Below, in pieces: positions 38,646-51,872 of a stretch of 64,000 nucleotides of DNA (position 1 is the stretch's first letter; every line of letters begins with the position of its first letter). Under the pieces are notes generated by a model. That model saw nothing but the letters and a program-made list of their open reading frames with translations, was not told where the DNA came from and did not search any database. This stretch comes from Camelus dromedarius (lineage: Eukaryota). The position numbers were made by a program, and so were the translations under genes. The stretch lies in assembly GCF_036321535.1 (NCBI RefSeq), contig NC_087436.1:58282001-58346000 (forward strand), read 5' to 3'.

Positions 38646-41600
38646 CTGGTTCGGAATGAAGAATACATACATTTCACAACAGGTAAAAAGAAAAAGAGAG
38701 AGACCCTATGGATATTTAATACATAAAATAATTTATCTTAAGTATCCATAATTGCAATTTTAATAGCTATTTTGAATCTGCTTATTTAACTGGGATCACA
38801 AACATGATTTTAAAGTCTGGGACAAAGGCCAGAGTGATTTTTAAGGTACTAGTACTACATGAAATAAGCAGTTTGTAGAGGACTTTGGACCATCTCCTGT
38901 ATTTCTTACATTAGCAGCACCATGGAAAAGTGGCCACATCCTGACCACTCTTCTTTATATGAACAATTTTATTATAATAGACTGTAATTCTACAAGCAAC
39001 AGCAATTCTGAGCGGCTAATGTTTCTTTTTAAAATATAGAAGTAGCTACTGAATGCCTCAAAGTACACGTTGAATGGATTTTAAAGACAGGAATGGCTAT
39101 TTTAAGTTTTATAAAAAGAGACATATTTCTGTCAAGTTTCTGAGATGTAGGCACAAGACAGATGATTAAGTGAATGGTTCAAAAAATCCTACTTTTTATA
39201 AGGACTTTTTATTCTTCATTATTCTTGTTCAAATGCTGATACATCAAGCACCTCTCATACGACAACATATGCAATTATCAAACACAAGTTTGACACATGC
39301 ACAAATTTTAGCTGTTCATCACCAACATTTCAAATTGTGGCTAATACAAGCTACCCAAAATGTTTTACTGAAAATTTTCTTAAAGTAAAAGCACTTTAAC
39401 TCAGCATATTTCAATACAATATTTTAAATTCCAATTTAATCAATACCAGTGAATTAAACAAACTAAATAAAAGTCATGTTCCTAAAATAATTACAACAAT
39501 ATGGGTATCTCCTAAACTTTATTTTCGTTCAAATTTTAAAAACTGAAAGGGATGCTGGGGTCAGTCATTAGTGTCTTCCCATTATCTATAGTTGTGGCAT
39601 TGATTGTATATATATTACAGAACCAAACTTAAGAGAGTACATTTGCAGAGGAAAGAGTCACATGAGTTACTTTAAAAATAAAGTGGTAAAATATTATTAT
39701 AGTTAATTGTTAGTTTAATTTTCACTTTAATAATTCACATAATCTTTACATTTTGAAATTTCACCATAAACGTTTACATTCTTTTATTCTTGTATTTTCA
39801 GTACTGTGAATGTTCAACTAAGAACTAATAATAACATTAATAATAATAATAGTTACAATTTGAAAAGAGTATTGTATTTATAATTTTTAATCTAGTTGTG
39901 TTAAAATATGATCACTAATTACAATCCATGTTTTATAAACTGTTTATGTTATTTGTCACATAAATAATTTGGGATGTCCTTATTTCCTTGAAAGCCATTG
40001 TAATATCTGGAGCATAGTAGCAGTATGTGGAAATACATGAATAAATGAACTGTGAGATCTTATAGGTTAACTTGTTTTAATTAGCTCTTATTCAGTAAAA
40101 CATTTTCTCATAGTTCAACTGATCAAGCTAATACAGTTTGCCTTATGACAACCGTATATTAATTTTAATACAGTTGTATCCAAGACTTTAAGTGAACACA
40201 TTTGATCTAAAATGTATTTGTTACATTAACCAAAAATGTATGCTTCATTTATTTTACATATAGACACACTATGTTTACTTTAAAATTCATTAACTGAATA
40301 AATTCTAACAAATCATTAAGGTCCATATGATGCTTTCAGTTAAATGGACTAGTGGATTAAATATGCTTTGTATGTTATCACAAACCGCTTTTCTCACTTT
40401 GCCAGGCAGCTACCAGTCTGCTCTGCTCTATCTACCTACCTATAGTGTGTCATTATTGTTTCAATTTTTTTTTGCTCTGTTGTCAAGAATTTCTGGGTCA
40501 TAAAGTCTTCATCTTGCTTTGAAATACAAGTGGCCTTAGGGTGCAGGAAGAAGCTGACTGTTTTCTACCCTGCTCTGCATCTATGCTGTTTTGAGATAGC
40601 TTCAGCACAGAAAGCACGTGAGGACTTCTCAGGGCATGTTCAAATACCCTTAAAGAAGGGAGACAGCTTTCCACCTTGTCTTCCCTTTATTCTCTCCTCA
40701 TTCATATTATCATGAATTCAACCACTGCTTTCTAACCGTCCACTGTGCTCCAGACATTGCGTTTGGGTGCCCAAGACATAATAGAAGAGCATCCTGTGAA
40801 AAGTTTAAGAGCTACGTCATGGTGCTAATTACCACAAAAGTAATAAAAATTTATGATCTGCTCCATCTCTTCATGTTCACTTTTGCTCTGGATGTACTGA
40901 CTGCTATGCTGATATTACTATCAAGTCAGAATAGAAAACAACATGACACAATGAGATATAAAACTGTGACCTTAATGTATGAAAAATATCCAAGACTCCC
41001 AGACCATTTTAAACTTTTAGGTCAGTAAATATGAACAACACAAATCATTTTCTCTGAGGCAAAAAAAGATGAACTGACCCAATGTGTTATACTGGGATTT
41101 ATTCATGAGAGCAAACCACTGAAGCAGCTTCCTATGTAATCCTGTAATGTCAGATTAACATAGGATGATGCTAGGGCTGTTTGAAACACCAAACAAAGCA
41201 CAAAGATAGCTGAACAAGCTTTCATTTATAACTAAATGACCATGAAAATGATCATTCAGTGAACAAAAATTGAAAGAGGGGAAGAGTGGGTCTTATTTCA
41301 TCAAAGCATTCAATTTTCCTCTATAATACGCAATTCAAATTTACTATTCAATGCCTTATTTCATAATTACAACATCTCAAAGCCTTTGAAGGCAGGGCAC
41401 ATGGCCACTGTAGGGCCAGTCAACTTTGCATTAATGCACAGTATTCCTGCTAATAATATCATGGGCATGTCAAAACGCAAAACTTCCTCTGTCTCGTCCT
41501 TTTCAGTGAGTAAATTGGCTAAAAGAATAAAACTCTTTGTATAAGGTCAAAGGGTAAGGTAAAAGAAAGTAATTGAGGGATCTAATTTATATGGAACAAT

Positions 41601-42241
41601 CTTAAAAACCATTATTGAATTTCTGACTAGAGAAAGAAAATGTGTTGCATTCATTTAGTGAATTCAAATGTGACTCAATCCACTAATGTGAAAATGCAGA
41701 GTTATGACCTACTCACCCATGCTAATGACTATGTCATTTACATGTGTTTGCCAATTTAATAGGGAATAAATGGTTGAAGATTTTATAAAGGATTCATTTG
41801 ATTCTGCTAAGATGTCTAATGACAGAAAACATCTCAAGTAGAAAGCCATTAAAGGATTTCATTTTATACCAGTTTCCACAAAAATGCATTTCTTTCTTAA
41901 TATCTACTATTTAGCTTAACATAAACTAAGAAAAGTTAACTGTTTTATTATAGCCACAAATTTAATTTATTGGTGTTTTAGTAGGCTAGCCAAGAACCAA
42001 TTTCTAGAACTCCCCAAAATGTTTTCCATGTATCTAAATATATCTACATTTTTGGTTACAGCCAACCCAGAGACAGAAATCTTAATAACCAGTGAAATAT
42101 TTGCCATTCCTTTGCAAGTTAGGATATTTGACTTTTAATACACTATTGTACATAATAAAAAGAAAAAATATGTAAAAACAAAAAACTATCCAAAATTTTT
42201 CAGAAAAAGGGCAAATCAAAGTGTACTCAGTAACAACTTTC

Positions 42242-42253
42242 GTATGATTTTTT
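42242..42253. repeat. L1 target-site duplication GTATGATTTTTT (second copy at 45774-45785)
   Basis: The same 12-mer flanks both ends. On the minus strand the site reads ct/AAAAAAtcatac, close to the L1 endonuclease consensus TT/AAAA. Confidence 0.85.
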
Positions 42254-44656
42254 TACATTTTTTTAATGTTATAGTCATCTTACAATGTTGTGTCAAATTC
42301 CAGTGTAGAGCACAATTTTTCAGTTATACATGAACATAGATATATTCATTGTCACATTTTTTTCGCTGTGAGCTACCACAAAATCTTGTATATATTACCT
42401 TGTGCTATACAGTATAATCTTGTTTATCTATTTTGCATATGCCTGTCAGTATCTACAAATTTTGAAATCCCAGTCTGTCCCTTCCCACCCTCCGCCCCCT
42501 TGGCAACCACAAGTTTGTATTCTATGTCTGTAAGACTGTTTCTGTTTTGTATTTATGTTCTTTACCTTTTCTTTTCTTTTTTTTTAAATTCCACATATGA
42601 GCAATCTCATATGGTATTTTTCTTTCTCTTTCTGGCTTACTTCACATAGAATGACATTCTCCAGGAGCATCCATGTTGCTGTAAATGGCTTTCTGTTGTC
42701 GGTTTTTATGGCTGGGTAGTATTCCATTGTATAAATATACGACATCTTCTTTATCCAGTCATCTGTTGATGGACATTTAGGCTATCTCCATGTCTTGGCT
42801 GTTGTAATAGTGCTGCTATGAACATCGGTGTGCAGGTGTCATCCAGCAATAGGGTTCCTTCTGGATATATGCTCAGGAGCGGGATTCCTGGGTTACATGG
42901 TAAGTCTATTCCTAGTCTTTTGAGGAATCTCCATACTGTTTTCCACAGTGGTTGCACCAAACTGCATTCCCACCAGCAGTGTAGGAGGGTTCCCTTTTCT
43001 CCACAGCCTCTCCAGCATTTGTTATTAGTGGACTTTTGAATGATGGCCATTCTGACTGGTGTTAGGTGATATCTCATTGTAGTTTTGATTTGCATTTCTC
43101 TGATAATTAGTGATATTCAGCATTTTTTTTCATGTGCCTATTGATCATTTATATGTCTTCCTTGGAGAATTGCTTGTTTGGGTCTTTTGCCCATTTTTTG
43201 ATTGGGTTGTTCGTTTGTTTCTTATTAAGTCATATGAGCTGCTTATATATTCTGGAGATCAAGCCTTTGTCGGTTTCATTGTTTGCAAAAATTTTCTCCC
43301 ATTCCATAGGTTGTCTTTTTGTTTTACTTATGGTTTCCTTTGCTGTGCAGAAGTGTGTACATTTCATTAGGTCCCATTTGTTTATTCTTGCTTTAATTTC
43401 TATTGCTTGGGTAGACTGTCCTAGGAGAACATTTTTGAGATGTATGTCAGATAATGTTTTGCCTATATTTTCTTCAAGGAGGTTTATTATATCTTGTCTT
43501 ATGTTTAAGTCCTTAGTCCATTTTGACTTTATTTTTTGTGTATGGTGTAAGGGAGTGTTGTAGCTTCATTGCTTTACATGCTGCTGTCCAGTTTTCCCAA
43601 CACCATTTGCTGAAGAGATTGTCTTTGTTCCATTGTATATTCTTGCCTCCTTTGTCGAAGATTAGTTGACCAAAAGTTTGTGGGTTCATTTCTGGGCTCT
43701 CTATTCTGTTCCATTGGTCCGTATGTCTATTTTCGTACCAATACCATGCTGTCTTGATGACTGTAGCTCTATAGTATTGTCTGAAGTCTGGGAGAGTTAT
43801 TCCTCCAGCCTCTTTCTTTCTCTTCAGTAATGCTTTGGCAATTCTAGGTCTTTTGTGGTTCCATATAACTTTTATTATAATTTGTTCTAGTTCTGTGAAA
43901 TATGTCCTGAGTAATTTGATAGGGATTGCATTAAATCTGTAGATTGCCTTGGGCAGTGTGACCATTTTAACAATATTAATTCTTCCAATTCAGAAGCATG
44001 GGATATCTTTCCATTTTTTAAACTCTTCTTTAATTTCCTTCATCAACGGTTTATAGTTTTCCATGTATAAGTCTTTAACCTCCTTGGTTTAATTTATTCC
44101 TAGGTATTTTATTACTTTGGGTACTATTTTAAAGGGGATTGTTTCTTTACCTTCTTTTTCTGTCGATTCATCATTAGTGTAAAGAAATGCAACTGATTTT
44201 TGAACATTAATCTTGTAATCTGCTACCTTGCTGAATTCTTCAATCAGCTCTGGTAGTTTTCATGTGGACCTTTTAGGGTTTTCCATATATAGTATCATGT
44301 CATCGGCATATAGTGACACTTTTACCTCTTCTTTTCCAATTTGGATCCCTTTTATTTCTCTCTCTTGCCTGACTGCTGTGGCTAGGACTTCCAAGACGAT
44401 GTTGAATAGGTGTGGTGATAGTGGGCATCCTTGTCTTGTCCCAGATTTTAGTGGGAAGCTTTTGAGTTTTTCACCATTGAGTACTATGCTGGCTGTAGGT
44501 TTGTCATATATAGCTTTTATTATGTTGAGGTATGTTCCCTCTATACCCACTTTGGTGAGAGTTTTTATCATAAATGGGGTGTTGAATTTTATCAAATGCT
44601 TTTTCTGCATCTATTGAGATGATCATGTGGTTTTTGTCCTTTCTCTTGTTGATGTG
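42254..44656 (-). mobile_element. Young L1, non-inverted 3' portion (RT, Cys-rich domain, 3' UTR, A-tail)
   Basis: ORF 44260..44610 has [10 protein letters not shown] and YADD. ORF 42751..43095 has [19 protein letters not shown]-rich tail at ~42248-42264. ORF2 is broken by frameshifts and stops. Confidence 0.95.
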
Positions 44657-45770
44657 AAAGCATGGAGATTAAACACCATGCTATTAAAAAAACAGTGGGT
44701 CAATGATAAAATCAAAGTTGAAATTAAAAAATTCCTTGAGACTAATGAAAATGAAAAGAGAACCACACCAAATTTATGGGACTCAGCAAAGGCAGTGCTA
44801 AGAGGGAAGTTTATAGCAATACAGGTCTTCCTCAAAAAAGAAGAACAATCTCAAATAAACAATCTAACCCAGCAGCTAAAAGAATTAAAAAAAAAGAGCA
44901 AAAAAACTCAAAAGTCAGCAGAAGGAAGGAAATAATAAAGATCAGGGAGGAAATAAATAAAATAGAGATTAAAAAAAAAACAATAGAAAAAAATCAATCG
45001 AACCAAAAGCTGGTTTTTTGAAAAAGTGAATAAAATCAACAAACCTCTGGCCAAGTTCACAAATAAGAAAAAAGAGCATAAATAAGTAAAATAAGAAAAG
45101 AAAATGGAGAAATTACAACAAATAACATAGAAATACAGAATATTACATGAGAATATTATGAAAAACTATATGGAACCAAAATGGATAACCTAGAGGAGAT
45201 GTAAAAGTTTCTGGAAACATACAGCCAACCAAGAGTGAATCAAGAATAAACTGACCACTTGGAACAAACTGATCACTAGAAATGAAGTCGAATTAGCAAT
45301 AAAAAAAACCTTCCTACATGAAAAATTGTGCTCTACACTGGAATTTGGCACAACTTTGTAAAAATGACTATAACTCAATAAAAAAAAAAAAAGTTAAAAA
45401 ATAAAAAAACTCCCTACAAATAAGAGTCCAGGACCAGACGGCATCACTGGGGGATTCTACCAAACATACAAAGAACTCATACCAGTCCTTCTCAAACTCT
45501 TCCAGAAGATTGAAAAGGAGGGAAAACTCCTAGACTTATTCTATGAAACCACCATCACTCTGATACCAAGACGAGGCAAAGACACTACCAAAAAAGAGAA
45601 TTACAGACCAATATCACTGATGAACATAGATACAAAAATCCTTACCAAATTATTAGCAAATAGAATCCAACAGCACATAAAAGATTATACATCATGATCA
45701 AGTGGAGTTCACCCCAGAGACACAAGGGTGGTTCAACATACACAAATCAATCAGTGTAATACATCACATC
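44657..45770 (+). mobile_element. Inverted 5' portion of the same L1 (ORF2 EN-RT linker/Z region)
   Basis: ORF 44627..44935 (WRLNTMLL...NLWDSAKAVLRGKFIAI). It ends 'atacatcacatc', the L1 position where the minus-strand portion begins. Confidence 0.95.
45319..45402 (+). mobile_element. Nested, extremely 5'-truncated L1 3' end with polyA
   Basis: tgaaaaattgtgctctacactggaatttggcacaactttgtaaaaatgactataactcAATAAA(A)n matches the L1 terminus at ~34003-34070 and is flanked by an imperfect TSD. Confidence 0.9.
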
Positions 45771-46644
45771 TAGGTATGATTTTTTAGCATTCTTCTGACT
45801 CTGAGTGATCCTACACAAAAGCTGGATCTCAAATATTTAACATTTACTTTTAATATTCAAATAGAACACATATGGTTACTTCATGTGAATCTAAATAATA
45901 TTCATGCACATTACCTGAAGGAACTTATAACAAACACAAATGTAGTAATAATTATACAATGCAATCACATTGTTATATTCACACATTTTATTTAACATAT
46001 CAACATATTAAATAAGATAATAGGAGAAAAATGTAAATTATGGCACTATCAGTCAATAAAGTGAATTATTATTTTAAAATGTATTTGTAAATAAATGACA
46101 CCTAAACATTCTCCCTAAGATAGAGTCTCAAATATATTTCAAGTTGTAATGTTCCATAAACCATATATGGATATGGTGAGTGCTTATGTACTGGATTTGG
46201 CTTTAAAACTATAATTGTTAATATAAAGGATAACAAGTATCAAATTGGAATGCTACTATGGCATCAACTAGTAAAATTGCTAATGTGATATAAATGCATA
46301 TTCTTAGAAATAATGTCAACACATCATGCCACTTTAATAATTTATTGGAAAAATTAAACTAAGCTTTCTAATTGTTCATTAAATGATAAATAACTTCAAT
46401 AATATTTAAAAGAAATGATAGCATAAAAACACAACTAAATGAAAGAAAATACCTTCAAAGATGACCTTAAAAAATAACCATCCATAATATAAAATACACA
46501 AACCCATTAAAATAAAAATAGCCAGTATGATTTTGACCATAGTACCACATTCAAAGAAGAGCTTTTTAAAATATAAAAATTCACTCAGAAGCCTTTGTAC
46601 TTTTGATAATTTATGAATTGATTTTCACTTTGATAAGTTTAATT

Positions 46645-47150
46645 TGTAGGCTGAATTCAAACAGGGCACCCATAACCAATGCAATCCTCTATTGTTACTT
46701 CTATGACTATGTTACCTCATATAGAAAAAGAGATACTGCAGATGTCATTAAGATCACTAATCAGCTGAATTTAAGTCAAGAAGATTATCTAGGCTGACAT
46801 AAGCTAATCATATGAATTCTTTAAAAGCAGTTTTCTCTGGCTGGTAGTAGAAGGATTCAGACATTTGAAGACACAGAGAAATTTGTTAAGAGAGAGTTTC
46901 TCCATCACTGAAATGTAGAGGGCTTCAGAGTAAAGCCCTCAAAGTGGCCTATAGCTTCTGAGAGCAGCTTTTGGTTGACAGCTAGCAAGAAAATGAGGAC
47001 CTCAGTCCATCCACTGCAAGAAAACAAATTCTGCCAATATCTTGAAGGAGCACGGCAGTACATCTTTACTTAGTGAAGTCTGCAGATCAGTACATGGTCA
47101 GACAACACCTTGATCTCAGCCTTATGGGACACTGATCAGATAACATATTA
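46645..47150 (+). mobile_element. MLT1-type MaLR LTR
   Basis: 'tgtaggctgaatt...agatactgcagatgtcattaagatcactaatcagctga...gacagctagcaagaaaatgaggacctcagtcc...acaccttgatctcagccttatg'. Confidence 0.75.
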
Positions 47151-47859
47151 GGCTAATTACGTAGGTCCACCTAGCAGCTGACTTAATAAACAATAAAGAA
47201 TGGATTTCTGCTAATACTTCTCTAAAAGACCTGAACACATTCTTCATTTAAAGTTTTTAACTATGGAATGCCTTTACCTATGCAATTCTCCCAAATAACT
47301 TTGTATTTAGAAATGGTACGAAGTATAAATGGTAAGTATGACACAAAATATAAACAGACATAAACTTTGATAATGGAATTACCTTGGAAAATTTGATTTT
47401 TTGAATCTCTAGGGAAAATGCAAATTACAGAAAACATATTAGAGATCACAAATAATAACTAGTCCTAGAGGATTGACTCTTTATCATTAGTATTTTTGTA
47501 AAACCTCACAATGGCGACTTTTATTAAGAAACTATTTGCCAGACATTTAAACCTACCTGATTTTCCTATTAATTAGGTAATGCTACTGTGGTATGTCTAC
47601 TCTACACTTTAAAAAACACTTGAAAAATACTGTTAATGATTTACTATACATTGCAACTTCAAGACAATAACTTCTGATGTGAAGATAATTTAACTTAATC
47701 ATCTTTGTGTCTCCATTACAAAACAGAATGGCACACAGAAGATTGTTATTAAATATTTACTGAATAAATGAATTTCACTATACTTATTTAATAATTAATA
47801 TTAATGTTTACTGAGTGTCTTCTATATATCAAACACTGCTTTACAAGTCTTTTCTCATT

Positions 47860-48300
47860 TATTCATTGATCAGCTGGAGTTTGGTTATTTTGTATGTGAT
47901 AGAAAATCTAAAATAACTTAAATAAGATGGAATTTTACTTCTCTCTATCTTAGAAGTATCCAGAAGGTAGACACTCCAGGGCTGGTATAATGGTCCACAG
48001 TATAAAGGACTCCCTTCCTTTCTATTTTGGTGACCTGCCAACTTTAGTATGTAAGTTCTACCTCAGGCCCCAAAAGTACCAAATACCAGATCTTCATTCC
48101 ATCTGGATAGAAATAACACTGGAAGGTACAATCTAGATGTTGCACAGGATATTTCCTCTTAAAAGACACTGTCCAGAACCAAGGTGCATACGGCAATGAT
48201 TAGCTAAAAAGTCTGAGAAAAGTAAACTTTCTTCTAGGTATCCAACCAAAAATCAGCATTTTGATTTTAAAGAAGAAATGGAGAACCAATATTGTGATAG
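47860..48300 (-). mobile_element. Old MLT1-type LTR relic
   Basis: Degenerate antisense MLT1-like blocks ('acttaaataagatggaattttactt', 'ccagggctggtataatgg'). Confidence 0.45.
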
Positions 48301-51300
48301 TTTCACATTTCTTACCCAAAAAATGAGGCAGATACCATTTTTACTGCAGATTAGAAAATGAAGTGACAGAGAAATTTTTTCACAAGTTCATAATATTATG
48401 TGAGAGCTAAGATGCAGTCCCATGCTGCCCAATTCCAGAGCACTGCTATTCAAAGTATAGCCTCTGAACCAGCAGTGGTCTACAAATAGGACACCACCAT
48501 CTCTCTAGGAGATAAGTACAGAAATGGAAATATTTGCATTCCTGTGACATCGAGGCACAATATTTTCTATTTTAAAAAAGGATTAGTCCATGATTGTTTG
48601 AGGAGGGGATAACTGAGCTTTTCAGATATGTAAAAAAGGACTCATAGCCTGCAACCTAATCATTATATTGATTTTGCTGAATATGCTGAATTCTTCATAT
48701 TGGCAATTATTCTTTTCTTCACAATTTAAATAAAATTGCTTCCATTCCCTTTTCAAAAACTGTGGAAAGTCCAGTGTTTTCCTGGAGTTCTGTAGACTCC
48801 CACAGAATTATATATTCATGGATACCTTTCTCTCCAATTCCATGATCTCTTAAATTTCCTGTTTGCTTCCTGTGGTCTCCTCTCTCCCACATTGCCAAAA
48901 CTAGTATCATGTCTACCTACCTTCCCCCATTTGTTCTTATCTCCCTGTTTTTTTCTCTCTAGTGGTCTCCTTGGAATTTCACATTTGTTTAATTATGCAG
49001 AGGCATTCTGATTTTTCTTTTTCTCACTGAGTCCAACATCTAAGTCCTCCAAGAAACCCATCAGGGAGCAGCAAGTGTTCTTCTACAACAGAGTCAGATT
49101 CCTTCAAAGACAGAAACAGCTGACTTAAGTTTTCTTGCTGTTATTTGCTTTTTTTAAATAGCATTTTATTTTTATCTCTCTGTTCTTATGACATTATTTT
49201 TGTACAGTATTTAAGGCTTTCCACAACATAAGCCTCTACCTAGCTTTCAAAGTATGTCTTATACCAGGTTCTTTCTCAAGTCCCTCTTTCAATCTATTAT
49301 AGAACTGTAAAAATAACTCTATTAGATATACATTGCATTAACATTCCTTAGGTATTTGTCTGTACCTCCCTCTAGAATATACACTCCCTGGAAGAGTGAA
49401 TTATTTCATATTCGTCTTTGTCTCCCCAGCATTTTGCAAAGTGTCTTGCATAATGAGGCATTTAATACATATGCATTTGAATTACTTAAAGAAAATTTAT
49501 TATGCTGACTTCAGGATTTATTTTCATGCCTTCATCTCAAAATTTTGCTGCCCATTAATAGGTCTGAATTTGCCGGGAACTTGCTTTAAAATACACATAT
49601 TTACACCAAAGAAATTTTCCAACAATTTGGAAACATTCGGCATTTGTATTTGGCTGTATGGTCAATCAGCCAGATTTTCCATATACATAAATCAATGATT
49701 CTCAATTCTACAGGATTCAGAGCCCTTTCACAGCATACTTTTCATCACTTTTACTATCTGAAATCCAATTTATAGATGGTGTAATGTAGCTGAATGAAAT
49801 TTTTCAATATAACATTTTTTTTCCTTTTTTTTCAATATAACTTCTTATCTAACATATATATACAGGAGAATTCAGAAAAATTAAATTAAAAATAAGTATT
49901 TAAATTTTTAATTTTGTGTATTCTATAAATGAAGAAGCCCTATGTTTATAAATGTACATACAATCTCTGTGAATGTAATGGCTACAAAGAAAGAAAGATA
50001 CAGTATGTTGAATTGGTGACTAAAAACCATGACTGGCATTGCCATTAGCAATGCGATTTTACAAAATGGAAAACAGCTATTGTAAATTTTAAAACAAAAC
50101 GTAGTACCATTTTCTCTAACTTTAGAAACTAGTTGTAATTATGGAAAGTCAGACTGTATTTAAACCATACAGAATACTCTTTGGAGTTACATGTAAAATA
50201 CAATTAGAGTCTAGGCCCAGATAATCAAACAAGTTTTCCTGACGTACAAGTGGTCATTAAAACATGGGAATATGGTCTGTAGGCAGAAGGACTTTTTTAT
50301 TTTGCAGATTATCAAGTATCTCTGCCCACTATATGCTCACAGTACCCTCCACATCCTGATAAGCAAATATTAACCCACAGACTACCAATATTAACCCAAT
50401 GAAACTACCAGTTTCATTCCTATGGAGAACCAGTAGTGTAAATATATGAACACACATACTTTGGCACAAACTTTCCTTGATGATGTATATCCAAATATAT
50501 GAAATTTATTAAAATAACAAGTATTAGTATTTGTTAACCACTGCTTTACACAGAAAATTTAAACATAATACATTTAGATAAGCTTTTTACTATCATTATA
50601 CCTAAGCTGTTGTCAATAATTTCTTAAAATATTCCTTGTATTTACAACCATAGCTAATAAGAAAACTCATGTTAAACCTTAATGTGTAACATCTTGAAAC
50701 TCACACTTAGCTTTGATTCTGACTGTGGAATTTCAGAGAACTACGAGAGTTTATTACTGTTCCCAAATATACGATGTTCCCCATTTTTTATGGGCTTTGG
50801 TTTTGAGTCACATGTTTAGAACCCCATCAAAACTTTGCCCTTTATAGAACGTCCCTTTAACTTCAGGCCATAATCCAGCAGGCTGATGAGGTGTCCAGAC
50901 AATCATACCTCATTTGTCACTAAGATTTCACTCTAATAATGAAAATGCCAGAGTTCAGGGACCAGGAGTCACATTTTTGATAGACTTCCTGAACAACTAA
51001 TTGAACTATCCAAATCCAAGGTCCTGGTCATAGAGATTTTTATTCCCTGTACCTCTGCCAGGAAAGTGATACAGCAGGACAAAGACCATCCAATAAGATC
51101 CTGTAATAAGTAACTGACAACAATCTAATACAGACAATAGAGAACCCAACACTGAGTCAATCTCTTCCAAGACTGCTTTTGCTGCGTTGAAATAAGCGGA
51201 TTGAAAAATGAACAGCTGAAGGCCGCTGCGGGAATGTACATTCATGAAATAGGCAAATCGAATTCCCCTGCACAACCAGAGGCTAGCATAGGATAATAAA

Positions 51301-51729
51301 AGTGGCATTCACCTTTACTAGTCCATTCTGCTTTTGTTTTTATTTTTAATGTTGAATTAAGTAAACTTGACATATACTGGGATGTGGGGGCTGGGATGGG
51401 AAACTAATCAAATTCTAAAGTAAAAATGATTAACGGTTCATGTCATCACCAGTGAAACAGGGTGACAAATCCTTACCCTTCAGAGCTAATAAAGGTCCCC
51501 AATCTCTATGCTCTTGAAGGAGAAAAATTCTCCCTTCTGATCATCTCAGGAAGTAAAAATAAAAGGATCTTAATTGATAGAAAATGTTAAGACATGTTAT
51601 ATGTCTAAATTATCAAGTTAGGTGAGTAAACACTTTCACAGCTTTACAGAGCAAAATTCTGATATTCCACACCTCCAAGGTGAAGCCAACAAACACCAGT
51701 CTGAAATTAATATGCTCCCAGGGATTAAA

Positions 51730-51872
51730 ATAAACTATGACTCTCCTGAATGTAACTTTCCTCAGTGCAGGTCTATTTTGTTCACTCATATTTCCCAAGC
51801 ATGTTAACAATGCCTAGCATATGGTAGGCTCTCAATAAATTCTTGTTGGCAGAATAAACACATGAATGAATT
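51730..51872. mobile_element. L2 3' end
   Basis: 'ttttgttcact...aacaatgcctagcatatggtaggctctcaataaattcttgttgg...atgaatgaa'. Confidence 0.75.

Noticed and set aside
42254..45770. Retrotransposition-competent L1
   Set aside because: It is 5'-truncated and inverted, lacks ORF1 and promoter, and its ORF2 has frameshifts, stops and a nested insertion.
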